A DNA stretch of 32,000 bases from Geotalea uraniireducens Rf4 (GCF_000016745.1 NC_009483.1:3660001-3692000), one strand, 5' to 3'. Shown: positions 1-9,551, numbered from the stretch's first letter. The notes: generated from the letters alone by a model not told the origin. Program-made: numbers and translations.

Positions 1-680
1 GTCTTCAGTACGAGCACGCCTGCCCCCTCTCCCAATACGGCTCCGGCAGAGCGCCGATCAAAGAGATGAAAGTGCGGTTCCGGGCTCAAAATGTTTCTTT
101 GCTGAAAGATCCGGTGGTATCCGTCCGTGTTCAGGAGACTCACTCCTCCCACCAAGGCCGAATCTATATCCCCACTGTGCAAGGCCTGAATCCCCATATT
201 CATTGCCAGTAGCGCTGAAGAACAGGCGGTATCTATCACCACGCTGGGGCCCCGGAGATCGAAAAAATGAGAAATGTTGGCTGCCATGAAGTTCTGCCCA
301 ACCAGTGTCGGGTTTCGGGCTTTCTCCAAGACGGCGAGGTCGGGTCGGTGTTGACTTCGGGCGCCCACGTAAACCCCTACCGAGGTTCCTTTTATTTCCC
401 GAGGCGCATATCCGGCGTGGCACCATGCCTTGAGGGTTTCTTCCAATATGGCCAAGGCTTGCGGGTCCATTGCCTTGGCATCTTCTTCGGGGATTAAAAA
501 AAACGACGGGTCGAAACAGGTGATATCGTCGAGCAGTCCCGCATGGAAAGCATTCGAATACCCCCAACGCTCCCGAGGCACCGCCCGTATCGCGGAGCGT
601 CCTTGTGATAGCAAGCTCCAGTATTGATCGAGCGTTTCCGCTCCGGGAAAACGGCAGGACAGTCCGATGACCGCGATATC
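1..680 (-). other. Ketosynthase domain 2 of the PKS (truncated by the window edge)
   Basis: DIAVIGLSCRFPGAETLDQYW ... VVIDTACSSALLAMNMG in the same frame after the ACP and a Pro/Ala-rich linker. Confidence 0.85.
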
Positions 681-3600
681 CTGGGAAACCGTGCCCCTCG
701 TGTGCTCGGACCGTGGTTGTGATTCGTGCGTCGGAGCATGAGTCAATGGCACCAGGGGGGGGGCAGGGGCTGCATCGCGGTTCGTGCGATCGGTGTTTTG
801 TTCAGGCGCCATCCCCAAAGCCGAGGTTAACCTTTCCGAATAGGCGCCCGCGAGCCACACGCCGAGCGCCCCGAGGCTCGAATGCTCGAGGAGTAACGAA
901 GGGTCCAGATTATCTTCCGTCAATCGGTTGATCTGCCTCAAGATCTGGGCCAGTAAAATCGAATCGGCACCGTAGTCCTGAAATGGTGTGTCGAGATCGA
1001 GTTTCGCGGGATCGGCCCTCAATTCTTTAGCGAACAGCTCGATCAGCCATGCCTGGATCGTCTTTATGACGCCTTCACCGGGAGTTGAGCTTTCTGCAGG
1101 GGCCGGAGCTGAGAGGATCTTTTCCTGGACGGTTTTTTGAACGGCCCGTCGCATCAAGGCGGGGGGATTCCATCGGCCGGGATCAACCACTGCAGGCAGA
1201 ATTACCGGACCTTGTTCCCCGGACAGGATAGCGTCCATAAGCCACAATCCCTCTTGGTCCGTATGGGCCAACAGGCCCGTCTGTTGATAGACCCTGCTCC
1301 GGATCTCTCCCATGCCTGACTCTTTCCAGCTCGGCCATTGAATGCTGACGATGGGACAGGCAGCATGCTTTGCTTCAGCGAAATAATCCATGTAGCCGTT
1401 CGCCGTGGCATAATCGCTTTGCCCCGAACCCAAAACAGGAACGATCGCGGATACCGAGGAAAAAAGCATGAAAAACTGCAAAGGCTCATTCCTTAAGTTT
1501 CGATAGAGAATATCGAGCCCGATTATTTTAGGGTCCAAAACATCTTGAATCCCTTCGATGGATTTTCGGATGAACGCCGGATTTTCAAAATCGGCGAACC
1601 CCGCGCAGTGGATAACGCCTCCAACAGGCCCCATGCTGTCCTTGATCTGGCGAAGGTTTTTCTGTACGCAGCGCTCATCGGTCAACGGAAGAGAGATCGC
1701 ACAGACCTGCGCTCCCCGGCGCTCCAGTTCCTGTATGGCTTGAATTTTTTCGGAGATGCCCCCTTGTCGGCCCTTATAGGAGTCCCACTCTTCCCGGGAC
1801 GGCAGTGGCTCCCGCCCGGTCAACACCAGACGTTTGACGCCGTAGTTTTCCAGGAAATGCCGCGCGCATAGATACCCCAGACCGCGCGTCCCTCCCGTAA
1901 TCCACAGGACATGATTCTCGGGGAAAATGATTTTCCTGCCGCCTTGAACCGAATGCTCCACGAGGCCGGCGCGGTATCGATTTCCTTTTCTGTAACAAAT
2001 TTCCGGATCCTCGCAATCCGCAGTCAGCTCGGTAGCGATCTGCTCCGCCAGTGTTCCATCATCCGAGCTCGGATCAGCGTCCAAATGCCTCGACCTGACG
2101 TGACTGTATTCGCTTTGCAGCATCCGGTACAGCCCGGCTCGCGGGGCTCCGCTCAGGTTGATCTCCGCGTTGTCATGCGACTCAAGCCCCTTGGTGACAC
2201 AAAGCAGCATCAGACCATCACGGTGCCCGGAGTCTATCAAGCGTTGCAGCCAGGAAATCCAGGTTGTCGTCTCAACTATCTCCCTGCCGCATCCCGCCAG
2301 ATCCACGCATGCGTCATACCGCCTCCAGTGCCGGTCTGGCTGTTGAAGGTCGGCCTTCAGATCGTGAAGATCCAAAAGCCAGCTCTTTGGGAAATAGTCA
2401 GAAATCCTGTTGGCGAGACATCTCGTCTCTTGCGTCACCAAGATTGCGACCGCTCGATCGGATTGTCTCCCAGCCGGAAGCTGACAAAGCTCCCACTGTT
2501 TTTTCAGAAAGAGCGCGAGGCGTCCCGGGTCTTGCTCTTCAACTGCCTGTTTAATAGGGTTGATCTCATCAATGCCGGGTTGCAGCCAATGGCGCTGTCG
2601 GGCGAAGGGATACGTGGGCAGGTTGATCCGGGGCATTGCAGCGTTATCGGGATAGAGCACCTGCCAATCCAGGTCATAACCCTTTGCATACAATTCGGAC
2701 AGCGTCTGCATTTTGCTTTTGTATTCCTGAACCTTTACCCTTTTAGATTGCGCGAGCTCCTTCAGAATCGCATTCCCTGACTCACCAACGCTGGGCTGCA
2801 ATTCCCCCTTTACTTTACCTTCAGGACCTCCAAGGGACATCTCGCTCAGTCCGGTTTCCACCGCTTCTTGCAGTTTCCCTTGAAGTTCTTGAATGTCGCC
2901 GGCCAGAAATGCCGCTCTCACTCCAAAGTGTTCTCTTCTTAACAGCAAGGTTGCACTGATCTCAGCTAGATTGTTTGTATCCCCTTCTCTATCGAGCCAG
3001 GAAGCCAGGTCCCGCTCTCTTTGCAGCAAGGCTTCTTTGGTTCGAGCCGACAAACAGATCAAATAGCAGGGCCTCTTTTTGGCGAGAGGTCTTGCGACAA
3101 GCGGCGCCTCTTCAAGCACCACGTGCGCATTCGTGCCTCCAAAGCCGAACCCACTGACTCCTGCGCGTCTCGGGAGAGGCTGATTATCTGTCCCTTTGAG
3201 CTGCTTCCATTCCTGGAAACGGTCCACGATATAAAAGGGAGAATCCTCAATCTCTATACGATGGTTTAGCTTTTTAAAACTCTGAAGTCCCGGGAGCTGT
3301 TTATGCTTTAAAGACAACAGGACCTTGATCACGCCTGCGATTCCGGCGGCGGACTCTGAATGTCCGATGTTGCTCTTCAGAGATCCTATACCGCAATATG
3401 TCCTTGCGACCTTTTCACCCGGCTTGCTATCAAGAGATGAAAACGCCCTGACGAGGCCCTTAAATTCCAGGGGGTCTCCCTTTGGCGTCCCAGTGCCGTG
3501 GGCCTCTATATAGCTTATGTTCCCGGGAGCAGTTCCCGCTCGTCTGTGGGCTTCTACAATGACCTCTGCTTGAGCTTCTGGATCGGGATACGTTAAGGTG

Positions 3601-4442
3601 TGGGTTTTCCCGTTATGGTTAACTGCACTTCCCTTTAGGACACCGCAAATAGAGTCACCGTCCTCTAGTGCCTCTTTCAAAGGCTTGAGCAGAACTAGGC
3701 CCGCACCTTCACTGCGCACGTATCCGTCTGCAGCCTCGTCGAACGACTTACAGGAGCCCGTGGGAGACAACATTCCGGTTTTGGCAAAAGAGATATGTCG
3801 TGTCGGAGTCAACAAAAGACTGATTCCGCCAGCCAGAGCCATGCTGCATTCTCCCAGGCTCAAGGATTGAGCTGCTGAATGAATGGCATTAAGAGAACTC
3901 GAACAGGCTGTATCTATGGCGAGACTTGGGCCTTTTAAGTGATAGTAATGCGAAATCCGGTTGGCAATTACCGCAGCAGCGGTACCTGTGGAGTGATAGG
4001 TATCAATGGTGCGAGTAGCTTTTTCCTGCAGTTCCTTGTAGTCAAAATTAAATACGCCCAGATACACGCCAATCTTTTTCTCGGACAACTGACTAGGGCA
4101 AACACCAGCGTCTTCAAAACAAGACCAGGAGAGTTCCAACATGATTCGCTGCTGGGGATCCATGGTCTCAGCTTCTCGTGCGGAAATGCGAAAGAACTCC
4201 GCGTCAAAGGAATCAACATTCTGGAGGAAACCGCCCCATTTGCTGTTGCTTTTGTTTATTTCGGACGGGTCCCCCCAAAAGGATCTCCAATCCCAACGCT
4301 CCAGTGGAATTTCCGTGATGCCTGACCGACCTTGCTTGAGGTTATCCCAGAAGGCTTCATAATTCCCAGCGCCTGGAAACCGGCACGACATGCCGATAAT
4401 CGCTATATCCATCCCTGTGAATTCCATTTCTCCCTGCTCCAT
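1..4442 (-). CDS. Type I polyketide synthase, trans-AT architecture (KS-KR-ACP-KS...). The N-terminus is in the window; the 3' end runs past position 1
   Basis: Manual reverse-strand translation from ATG at 4442 (GAGGG RBS 6 nt upstream) is open to position 1 (~1480 aa). This explains why it is missing from the complete-ORF track. Motifs seen: DIAIIGMSCRFPGA, DTACSSSLNAIH, EAHGTGTPKGDP, NIGHSESAAG (KS), YPFARQRHW linker, ITGGTRGLG...SDYATANGYMD (KR), DYGADSILLAQI (ACP), then DIAVIGLSCRFPGA...DTACSSALLAM (second KS). No GHSxG AT domain between KS and KR. Confidence 0.92.
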   Translation of the reverse strand, partial: MEQGEMEFTGMDIAIIGMSCRFPGAGNYEAFWDNLKQGRSGITEIPLERWDWRSFWGDPSEINKSNSKWGGFLQNVDSFDAEFFRISAREAETMDPQQRIMLELSWSCFEDAGVCPSQLSEKKIGVYLGVFNFDYKELQEKATRTIDTYHSTGTAAAVIANRISHYYHLKGPSLAIDTACSSSLNAIHSAAQSLSLGECSMALAGGISLLLTPTRHISFAKTGMLSPTGSCKSFDEAADGYVRSEGAGLVLLKPLKEALEDGDSICGVLKGSAVNHNGKTHTLTYPDPEAQAEVIVEAHRRAGTAPGNISYIEAHGTGTPKGDPLEFKGLVRAFSSLDSKPGEKVARTYCGIGSLKSNIGHSESAAGIAGVIKVLLSLKHKQLPGLQSFKKLNHRIEIEDSPFYIVDRFQEWKQLKGTDNQPLPRRAGVSGFGFGGTNAHVVLEEAPLVARPLAKKRPCYLICLSARTKEALLQRERDLASWLDREGDTNNLAEISATLLLRREHFGVRAAFLAGDIQELQGKLQEAVETGLSEMSLGGPEGKVKGELQPSVGESGNAILKELAQSKRVKVQEYKSKMQTLSELYAKGYDLDWQVLYPDNAAMPRINLPTYPFARQRHWLQPGIDEINPIKQAVEEQDPGRLALFLKKQWELCQLPAGRQSDRAVAILVTQETRCLANRISDYFPKSWLLDLHDLKADLQQPDRHWRRYDACVDLAGCGREIVETTTWISWLQRLIDSGHRDGLMLLCVTKGLESHDNAEINLSGAPRAGLYRMLQSEYSHVRSRHLDADPSSDDGTLAEQIATELTADCEDPEICYRKGNRYRAGLVEHSVQGGRKIIFPENHVLWITGGTRGLGYLCARHFLENYGVKRLVLTGREPLPSREEWDSYKGRQGGISEKIQAIQELERRGAQVCAISLPLTDERCVQKNLRQIKDSMGPVGGVIHCAGFADFENPAFIRKSIEGIQDVLDPKIIGLDILYRNLRNEPLQFFMLFSSVSAIVPVLGSGQSDYATANGYMDYFAEAKHAACPIVSIQWPSWKESGMGEIRSRVYQQTGLLAHTDQEGLWLMDAILSGEQGPVILPAVVDPGRWNPPALMRRAVQKTVQEKILSAPAPAESSTPGEGVIKTIQAWLIELFAKELRADPAKLDLDTPFQDYGADSILLAQILRQINRLTEDNLDPSLLLEHSSLGALGVWLAGAYSERLTSALGMAPEQNTDRTNRDAAPAPPLVPLTHAPTHESQPRSEHTRGTVSQDIAVIGLSCRFPGAETLDQYWSLLSQGRSAIRAVPRERWGYSNAFHAGLLDDITCFDPSFFLIPEEDAKAMDPQALAILEETLKAWCHAGYAPREIKGTSVGVYVGARSQHRPDLAVLEKARNPTLVGQNFMAANISHFFDLRGPSVVIDTACSSALLAMNMGIQALHSGDIDSALVGGVSLLNTDGYHRIFQQRNILSPEPHFHLFDRRSAGAVLGEGAGVLVLK
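840..1079 (-). other. Acyl carrier protein domain of the PKS
   Basis: LDLDTPFQDYGADSILLAQILRQI. The phosphopantetheine-attachment Ser codon is at 960-962. Confidence 0.8.
1311..1910 (-). other. Ketoreductase catalytic subdomain of the PKS
   Basis: Rossmann motif VLWITGGTRGLGYL and SSVSAIV...GQSDYATAN (catalytic Tyr). An upstream GLYRMLQSEYSHVRSRHLDAD stretch resembles the KR structural subdomain. Confidence 0.8.
3105..4409 (-). other. Ketosynthase domain 1 of the PKS (catalytic Cys-His-His present)
   Basis: DTACSSS, HGTGT and NIGHSE motifs lie in one frame. The domain ends at GGTNAHVVLEE. Boundaries are approximate. Confidence 0.85.
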
Positions 4443-4773
4443 AAAATACCCTCATGTTGGTCCACTTCACCGGGTGATTACTCGGTCAAAATCCTCCAGT
4501 GTTGGCAGAGGATGAGGTTCTGAGTGAGTATTTCCGCTAATAAACAGAACTGAAATCCCTGTCGGGTTTGAGTTATTGACGCCAAAAGATGCTGGATAAA
4601 CAGCTAGCAGACGAGCTGTCAGTCACACCAAGATCAACCGTAGTACTAAATAACTACACTGAGCCGTACTAATTCGTATCTGTGTTGTAGTACTAGCTGA
4701 AATAAGTCACAGAAATCCCTATAATAATTGTAATATTATGTTAGAATTTCAGGTTATATTAAATCAATTTTAT

Positions 4774-4815
4774 AGTCTCGGCGTATGTTGTCATTAATTC
4801 GGCGAATATTGGCAA
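4774..4815. repeat. Copy A of a 42-nt conserved noncoding block, in the AT-rich region upstream of the PKS gene
   Basis: agtctcggcgtatgttgtcattaattcggcgaatattggcaa aligns without gaps to 9716-9757 with 36/42 identities. Flanking AT-rich DNA shares aattgt / aatattat strings. Confidence 0.85.
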
Positions 4816-4982
4816 CCGACCAATTCGTTCGGGCAGACGTCGTCAACTTCCCGAAGCTGCTGTTTCAGGAGCTATACAGAAGCCGCTGTTCAAGTGTTCA
4901 TTCCTCCCCATGCTGCACATTGCAGCAGTGACAGCCAATGACAGCGGTCGGATACGGGTGGGGAAGACTGGCATCGACTGCC

Positions 4983-5017
4983 CAAAAAAACAAAAGGCAG
5001 CCGGGAAGGCTGCCTTT
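4983..5017 (-). terminator. Rho-independent terminator, minus strand
   Basis: 10-bp stem aaaggcagcc/ggctgccttt with a 5-nt loop. On the minus strand it is followed by TTTTGTTTTTTT. Confidence 0.75.
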
Positions 5018-5056
5018 GAGAAGGCTACGCGAGCGTCATAAGCACGGAAGGACACC

Positions 5057-6393
5057 GGCAGAGAGGGTGTAAAAAGGTTTGTGTAAATGGTCATTAGGGG
5101 GTACACCAAGTTACCCTAAGGAGATCACATGACTATTAACACCGACGTAATCGACGATCTACTCAAACATTATAAGACCCCCGAAGAGATTCTAGGGGAA
5201 AACGGGCTGCTGAAGCAGTTGACCAAGGCTGTTCTTCAGCGGGCGCTCCAGGCTGAAATGACACTGCACCTCGGCCACGAGAAGCATGCTTCCGTTTCCG
5301 CCAAAGGTGGCAATGCACGCAATGGCTCGTCGGCAAAGACCATCAAAGGCGATTTTGGCACCATGCCGATTGAGGTCCCTCGTGACCGGGATAGCAGCTT
5401 TGAACCAGTCATCATTCCCAAAGGCCAAACCCGGTTCGCCGAGTTCGATGATAAGATTATCTCCCTGTACTCCCGCGGGCTTACCACTCGTGAGATCCAG
5501 GGACACTTGGAGGAAATCTACGGTGTTGAAGTATCCCCCGCTCTGATTTCAATAGTGACTGAAGCAGTAGCTGAAGAGGTCAAAGCTTGGCAGAACCGCC
5601 CGTTGGATGCGCTTTATCCCATCGTTTACATGGATGCCATCAGGGTCAAAGCCAGAGGCAATGGCCATGTTGTGAACAAGGCTGTCTATCTGGCCATCGG
5701 CATCAACATAGACGGTGCCAAGGAAGTTCTGGGAATGTGGGTCTCCGAAAACGAAGGAGCCAAGTTCTGGTTGCAGGTTGTGACCGAACTTAAGAACCGT
5801 GGTGTCCAAGACATCTTCATTGCCTGCGTTGACGGCCTGAAGGGGTTCCCTGAGGCCATAGAAATAGTTTATCCCAACACTCAAGTCCAACTTTGCATCG
5901 TCCATATGGTACGCAATTCCTTGAAGTTCGTTTCGTGGAAACAACGCAAAGAAGTTGCGACAGATTTGAAGGTTATCTACCAGTCAGCGACCGCTGAGCA
6001 GGCCGAAATGGAACTGACAGCATTTGAGGCAAAATGGGACAAAACACACCCGACGATCAGCCAGTCCTGGCGCCGGAACTGGGCGCAAGTTATACCATTT
6101 TTTGCCTATCCAGCTGATATACGAAAGGTTATTTACACAACCAATGCCATTGAATCACTGAATATGTCACTCAGAAAGGTGACCAAAAACCGGGGCTCGT
6201 TTCCCAATGATGAGGCAATGTTCAAGTTACTATACCTGGCGCTGAGAAACATCGCGAAGAAATGGACCCTGCCGATCAGAGACTGGAAAGCTGCCATGAA
6301 CCGCTTTTCCATTCTTTTTGAAGACAGAATGCCAAGCTATTAAAAACAGGGAACCAAAACCATTTACACAAAACTATTGACAGGCCCCCGGCA
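5057..6393 (+). mobile_element. IS256-family insertion sequence
   Basis: A single mutator-type transposase ORF is flanked by imperfect terminal inverted repeats. The core is gtaaaaaggtttgtgtaaatgg (5069-5090) versus ccatttacacaaaactattgac (6360-6381). Weaker similarity extends ~12 bp further out, so exact ends are uncertain. Confidence 0.8.
5129..6343 (+). CDS. IS256-family (mutator-type) transposase
   Basis: 404-aa ORF with AAGGAG RBS. Typical IS256 strings are present: YPIVYMDAIRVK, FIACVDGLKGFPEAI, QLCIVHMVRNS, IYTTNAIESLN. Confidence 0.95.
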   Translation: MTINTDVIDDLLKHYKTPEEILGENGLLKQLTKAVLQRALQAEMTLHLGHEKHASVSAKGGNARNGSSAKTIKGDFGTMPIEVPRDRDSSFEPVIIPKGQTRFAEFDDKIISLYSRGLTTREIQGHLEEIYGVEVSPALISIVTEAVAEEVKAWQNRPLDALYPIVYMDAIRVKARGNGHVVNKAVYLAIGINIDGAKEVLGMWVSENEGAKFWLQVVTELKNRGVQDIFIACVDGLKGFPEAIEIVYPNTQVQLCIVHMVRNSLKFVSWKQRKEVATDLKVIYQSATAEQAEMELTAFEAKWDKTHPTISQSWRRNWAQVIPFFAYPADIRKVIYTTNAIESLNMSLRKVTKNRGSFPNDEAMFKLLYLALRNIAKKWTLPIRDWKAAMNRFSILFEDRMPSY

Positions 6394-6466
6394 GATGCAC
6401 AAAACTTCGAGAGATCACGTGATTTTTTATGCAGAGGTGCTTTCGCGCCCGAATCAGCAATGGGTG

Positions 6467-6625
6467 TTATTTTTTTACGAAGTCACTTTTAACTGCCTCG
6501 CATTTCGGACATGTCCAGTAATCCGTGATTTGAGTAAAAGAAGTGTTAGGCAAGATACCAGAGTCAGTATCGCCGAGCTGAGGATTGTATAGATAGCCGC
6601 AAACAGTACAGATGTATTCGTCCAT
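6467..6625 (-). CDS. Rubredoxin (52 aa)
   Basis: Not in the ORF track because it is under 60 aa. Manual translation: MDEYICTVCGYLYNPQLGDTDSGILPNTSFTQITDYWTCPKCEAVKSDFVKK. It has both CxxCG/CPxC knuckles, a GGAGG RBS upstream and a TAA stop at 6467-6469. Confidence 0.9.
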   Translation of the reverse strand: MDEYICTVCGYLYNPQLGDTDSGILPNTSFTQITDYWTCPKCEAVKSDFVKK

Positions 6626-6679
6626 AAATAGCGCCTCCATTTATCTTTAATTCAAACGTATCAAAAAATTAACCCTAGG

Positions 6680-7816
6680 TTAGGTAGCAGTGATGGCAGC
6701 AACAGCCTTCACCACCTCATCAATATGTTCTTTTGTATTAAAATACCCGGCGCTGATCCGGACCGAACCATCTTTCCAAGTTCCGACGGTTTGATGTGTC
6801 AGAGGGGCACAGTGTAACCCAGGCCTGGTGATTATTCCGAACTTAGTAATCAGCGTATTTGCCACCTTCATAGGATTTTTATCTTTGACATTGAACGCTA
6901 CGATAGATGTTATCTCAGCAGGGCTCTTGGGACCATAGAGTGTCACTCCTTTAATAGTCGACAATTCCTCGTAAAGCATGCAAGCCAATTCATGCTCATG
7001 CTTTCTTATGTTAGCCACACCTTCACTGGCAACAAATTTCAACCCGGCATTAAGCCCACATATACCCAGTGTATTGGGGGTTCCGCTTTCATACTTATAA
7101 GGCAGGAAATCAGGTTGCGTAATCGGTTCGGACAAATTGCCGGTGCCACCATACTTAATCGGTGTGAGATCTATGCCTTTCTTTATATACAATCCTCCAG
7201 TGCCTGAAGGCCCAAATAAGGACTTATGGCCGGGGAATGCGAGCATATCTATATTCATTTTCTCGACGTCGATATCGGCAAAACCTATACTTTGAGCCGC
7301 GTCCACCAAGTATTTTATGTTATGCTGAGCTGCAATTTTGCCGATTTCTTCGATAGGTATCGTCGTTCCCAATACATTGGTTATGTGGGCAGTTACTATC
7401 AGTTTAGTGTTACTTTTGATCAACGGGACAATGTCATTGGGATCCAATAAACCTTCGGAACTGGCCTGGACAATGCTGAGTTCAATATCCCCATCTTGTT
7501 CCAAGTGCTTAAGAGGCCTTATAACGGAATTATGTTCCAGGCTCGTGGTGATAACATGGTCCCCACGCTTCAAGATACCTTTGATAGCCAAATTCAAGGC
7601 CTCAGTACCATTCATAGTGAATACGATTTGGGTAGGATCACTGGCATTGATCAGCTTTGCTATCAATGCCCTCGTTTCGTTAGGGATAAAATCCAGCTTG
7701 GAGACAAATGAGCTTCTATCCGAACTCATGCCACTTGTCCGAATACACAGTTCAACGGCTTTGTAAACCGCTTCCGGTTTTGGTGAAGAAGTCGAAGCAT
7801 TATTGATATAAAGCAT
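6680..7816 (-). CDS. Class V aminotransferase / cysteine desulfurase family PLP enzyme
   Basis: 378 aa with GGGAGG RBS. N-terminus is YINNASTSSPKPEAV and a PLP-lysine context is seen at AFPGHKSLFGPSGTGGLYI. Confidence 0.85.
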   Translation of the reverse strand: MLYINNASTSSPKPEAVYKAVELCIRTSGMSSDRSSFVSKLDFIPNETRALIAKLINASDPTQIVFTMNGTEALNLAIKGILKRGDHVITTSLEHNSVIRPLKHLEQDGDIELSIVQASSEGLLDPNDIVPLIKSNTKLIVTAHITNVLGTTIPIEEIGKIAAQHNIKYLVDAAQSIGFADIDVEKMNIDMLAFPGHKSLFGPSGTGGLYIKKGIDLTPIKYGGTGNLSEPITQPDFLPYKYESGTPNTLGICGLNAGLKFVASEGVANIRKHEHELACMLYEELSTIKGVTLYGPKSPAEITSIVAFNVKDKNPMKVANTLITKFGIITRPGLHCAPLTHQTVGTWKDGSVRISAGYFNTKEHIDEVVKAVAAITAT

Positions 7817-7924
7817 CTATTAACCTCCCTGAGATATAATATGGTCTCGGCCTAAGGCCTGATTCTGATCGTGCAAATTCGACAGCAGCATTTGGTATCG
7901 GATGCAAGGCTCAACAACATGGAC

Positions 7925-8938
7925 TCAAGATTTAAGCGACGACTCGTATGTCTTACTCAGAAGCTCTATTTTTTTCACTATATCCGGCAGGCGATGCAAG
8001 CATATATTGATACGCTTTTGTTGCGTAGCTTCTGTGGCAGGTGTACCCCAATACATTTTTCGGTCATCCAGGTTAGTTGCAATGCCCGACCTGGCCAAAA
8101 CAATAACATTATTTCCAATAGTTAAATGATTAGCAACGCCGACCTGACCAGCAAGAACACAGTTGTTTCCAATTTTTGAGCTTCCTGCTACTCCTACCTG
8201 GCTGCATAGGATTGTGTTACTACCAATCTTAACATTGTGGGCTATCTGGACGAGATTATCTATCTTTGTCCCTTTTCCGATTGTTGTTTTTACAATAGCT
8301 GCCCTGTCTACCGTTACACATGCCCCTATTTCGACATCGTCTTCGATTTCAATGTTACCTATATGGTGAAATTTGACATGGACACCATGTTTTTCAACAT
8401 AATTAAAACCGTCGCCACCTATGACGCTGTTGTGATGAATTATCACATTATTCCCAACTACAGTCTCGTCGTCAATCTTAACACCGGCTTTGATTATACA
8501 GTTAGTGCCAACCTTCACATTTTTGCCGATGAAAACCTGTGAATAAATTACCGTACCATCCCCAATCGAGGCATTATCCATAATCGAAGTAAACGGCATA
8601 ATCGTCACATCTTTGCCAATCTTGGCGGTGCTTTCGACATAAACATTCTCATACTGTTTGACTGGATATGGTTTATATGGCGAAAAGAGTTCAATTATCT
8701 TCGTGAAAGCAAATTTTGGATCATTCACCAAAATTACAGGCTTTTCTGGCAGTTCAGAATCTTTTTTAATAATCAGCGCTGAAACCTGCGAGTTTTTGAG
8801 AATATCCATTGACTTTTTATTTTCTGCAAATGCTATTGTACCTTCTTCCTGGTGTTCAAGGTCTGAGATTCCTGTTATTTCACAGTCTGTTCCCCTAAGT
8901 TCTCCTTCTGCTATTGATGCTATTAAAGACAATTTCAT
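7925..8938 (-). CDS. LpxD-like UDP-3-O-acylglucosamine N-acyltransferase paralog (hexapeptide-repeat acyltransferase)
   Basis: LpxD-type N-terminal domain (MKLSLIASIAEGELRG...ISDLEHQEEGTIAFAENKK), left-handed beta-helix repeats, and GGDGFNY...IDNLVQIAHNVKIG. The longest ORF starts at 8968. I prefer ATG 8938 because of the AGGAG upstream and a typical LpxD N-terminus. Confidence 0.8.
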   Translation of the reverse strand: MKLSLIASIAEGELRGTDCEITGISDLEHQEEGTIAFAENKKSMDILKNSQVSALIIKKDSELPEKPVILVNDPKFAFTKIIELFSPYKPYPVKQYENVYVESTAKIGKDVTIMPFTSIMDNASIGDGTVIYSQVFIGKNVKVGTNCIIKAGVKIDDETVVGNNVIIHHNSVIGGDGFNYVEKHGVHVKFHHIGNIEIEDDVEIGACVTVDRAAIVKTTIGKGTKIDNLVQIAHNVKIGSNTILCSQVGVAGSSKIGNNCVLAGQVGVANHLTIGNNVIVLARSGIATNLDDRKMYWGTPATEATQQKRINICLHRLPDIVKKIELLSKTYESSLKS

Positions 8939-9014
8939 ATATACACGTTCTCCTGTGAGTACTGGCATTTGTTTCAGCCCATTTGAAAAAAGCTTTTCTA
9001 AAGGCTAAGCATAG

Positions 9015-9551
9015 TTAGCCTGGTGGAGCACGGCGCGTGCCATCGGCGTGGTTTGCTCTCTTTGGCCTTGATTTAGCGCTCGTGGCGAGCCATGAGTCCG
9101 CGCCCTCCCCGTAGATCGCCGAGAGCTTTTTTGAAAGAACCAGGAGCGTCGCCGTTTTGGCAAGTGCTTTCTCCTTGCGCCTCAGCTCGCGCTCAAGCTC
9201 CTATATGCGCCGATGGTCCTGTCGCGTCTGTGAGGGCTGGCCGGCTTCTCCTCGGGCGTCACCAGGGCCTGTACTCGATTTCTCCAACTCGCTTGGATAA
9301 ACACCCTGCTGCCGGCACCATGCGTTTTTTGCCGCTTCATCCATAGCCGATGTTGCGATCACTGCTTCCAAGCGCGCCGCCGCTGTCCAGGTCTTATCAC
9401 TGCTCGACATTGCGAGTGCTTCTGAGCGCCACCGCTCCAACGTGTCCGCCGAGATTCCAATCTCCCGTAATACTACTTCGACCGGAGAACTCTCCTGTGG
9501 CAGCAACCGTGCAACTGCTCGTTTCTTGAACGCTTGTGAGTATCTAGCCAA
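9015..9551 (-). pseudogene. IS3-family orfA remnant with an in-frame TAG; orfB deleted
   Basis: HTH orfA (MARYSQAFKKRAVARLL...ISADTLERWR) stops at TAG 9201-9203. The same frame continues ELERELRRKEKALAKTATLLVLSKKLSAIYGEG. A_AAA_AAG slippery heptamer at 9126-9132. No integrase-core orfB follows. Confidence 0.8.

Noticed and set aside
1911-2780. 289-aa plus-strand ORF and the many 60-130-aa ORFs listed between 58 and 4523
   Set aside because: All lie inside or antisense to the continuous 1480-codon PKS reading frame on the minus strand. None has a recognisable domain.
4808-4825. TGGCAA strings in both copies of the 42-nt block, considered as sigma-54 -24 elements
   Set aside because: No TTGC -12 element lies at the required spacing in either copy. 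The orientation also points away from the downstream biosynthetic genes.
4843-5109. 88-aa minus-strand ORF
   Set aside because: It spans the rho-independent terminator and the IS256 left inverted repeat, so it cannot be a coherent gene.
6377-6592. 71-aa plus-strand ORF
   Set aside because: It lies antisense to the rubredoxin gene, which has a textbook sequence and RBS.
7847-7854. A third occurrence of GTCTCGGC (the start of the 42-nt block) in the LpxD-like/aminotransferase intergenic spacer
   Set aside because: Only 8 nt match. About one such hit is expected by chance in 64 kb of two-strand sequence.
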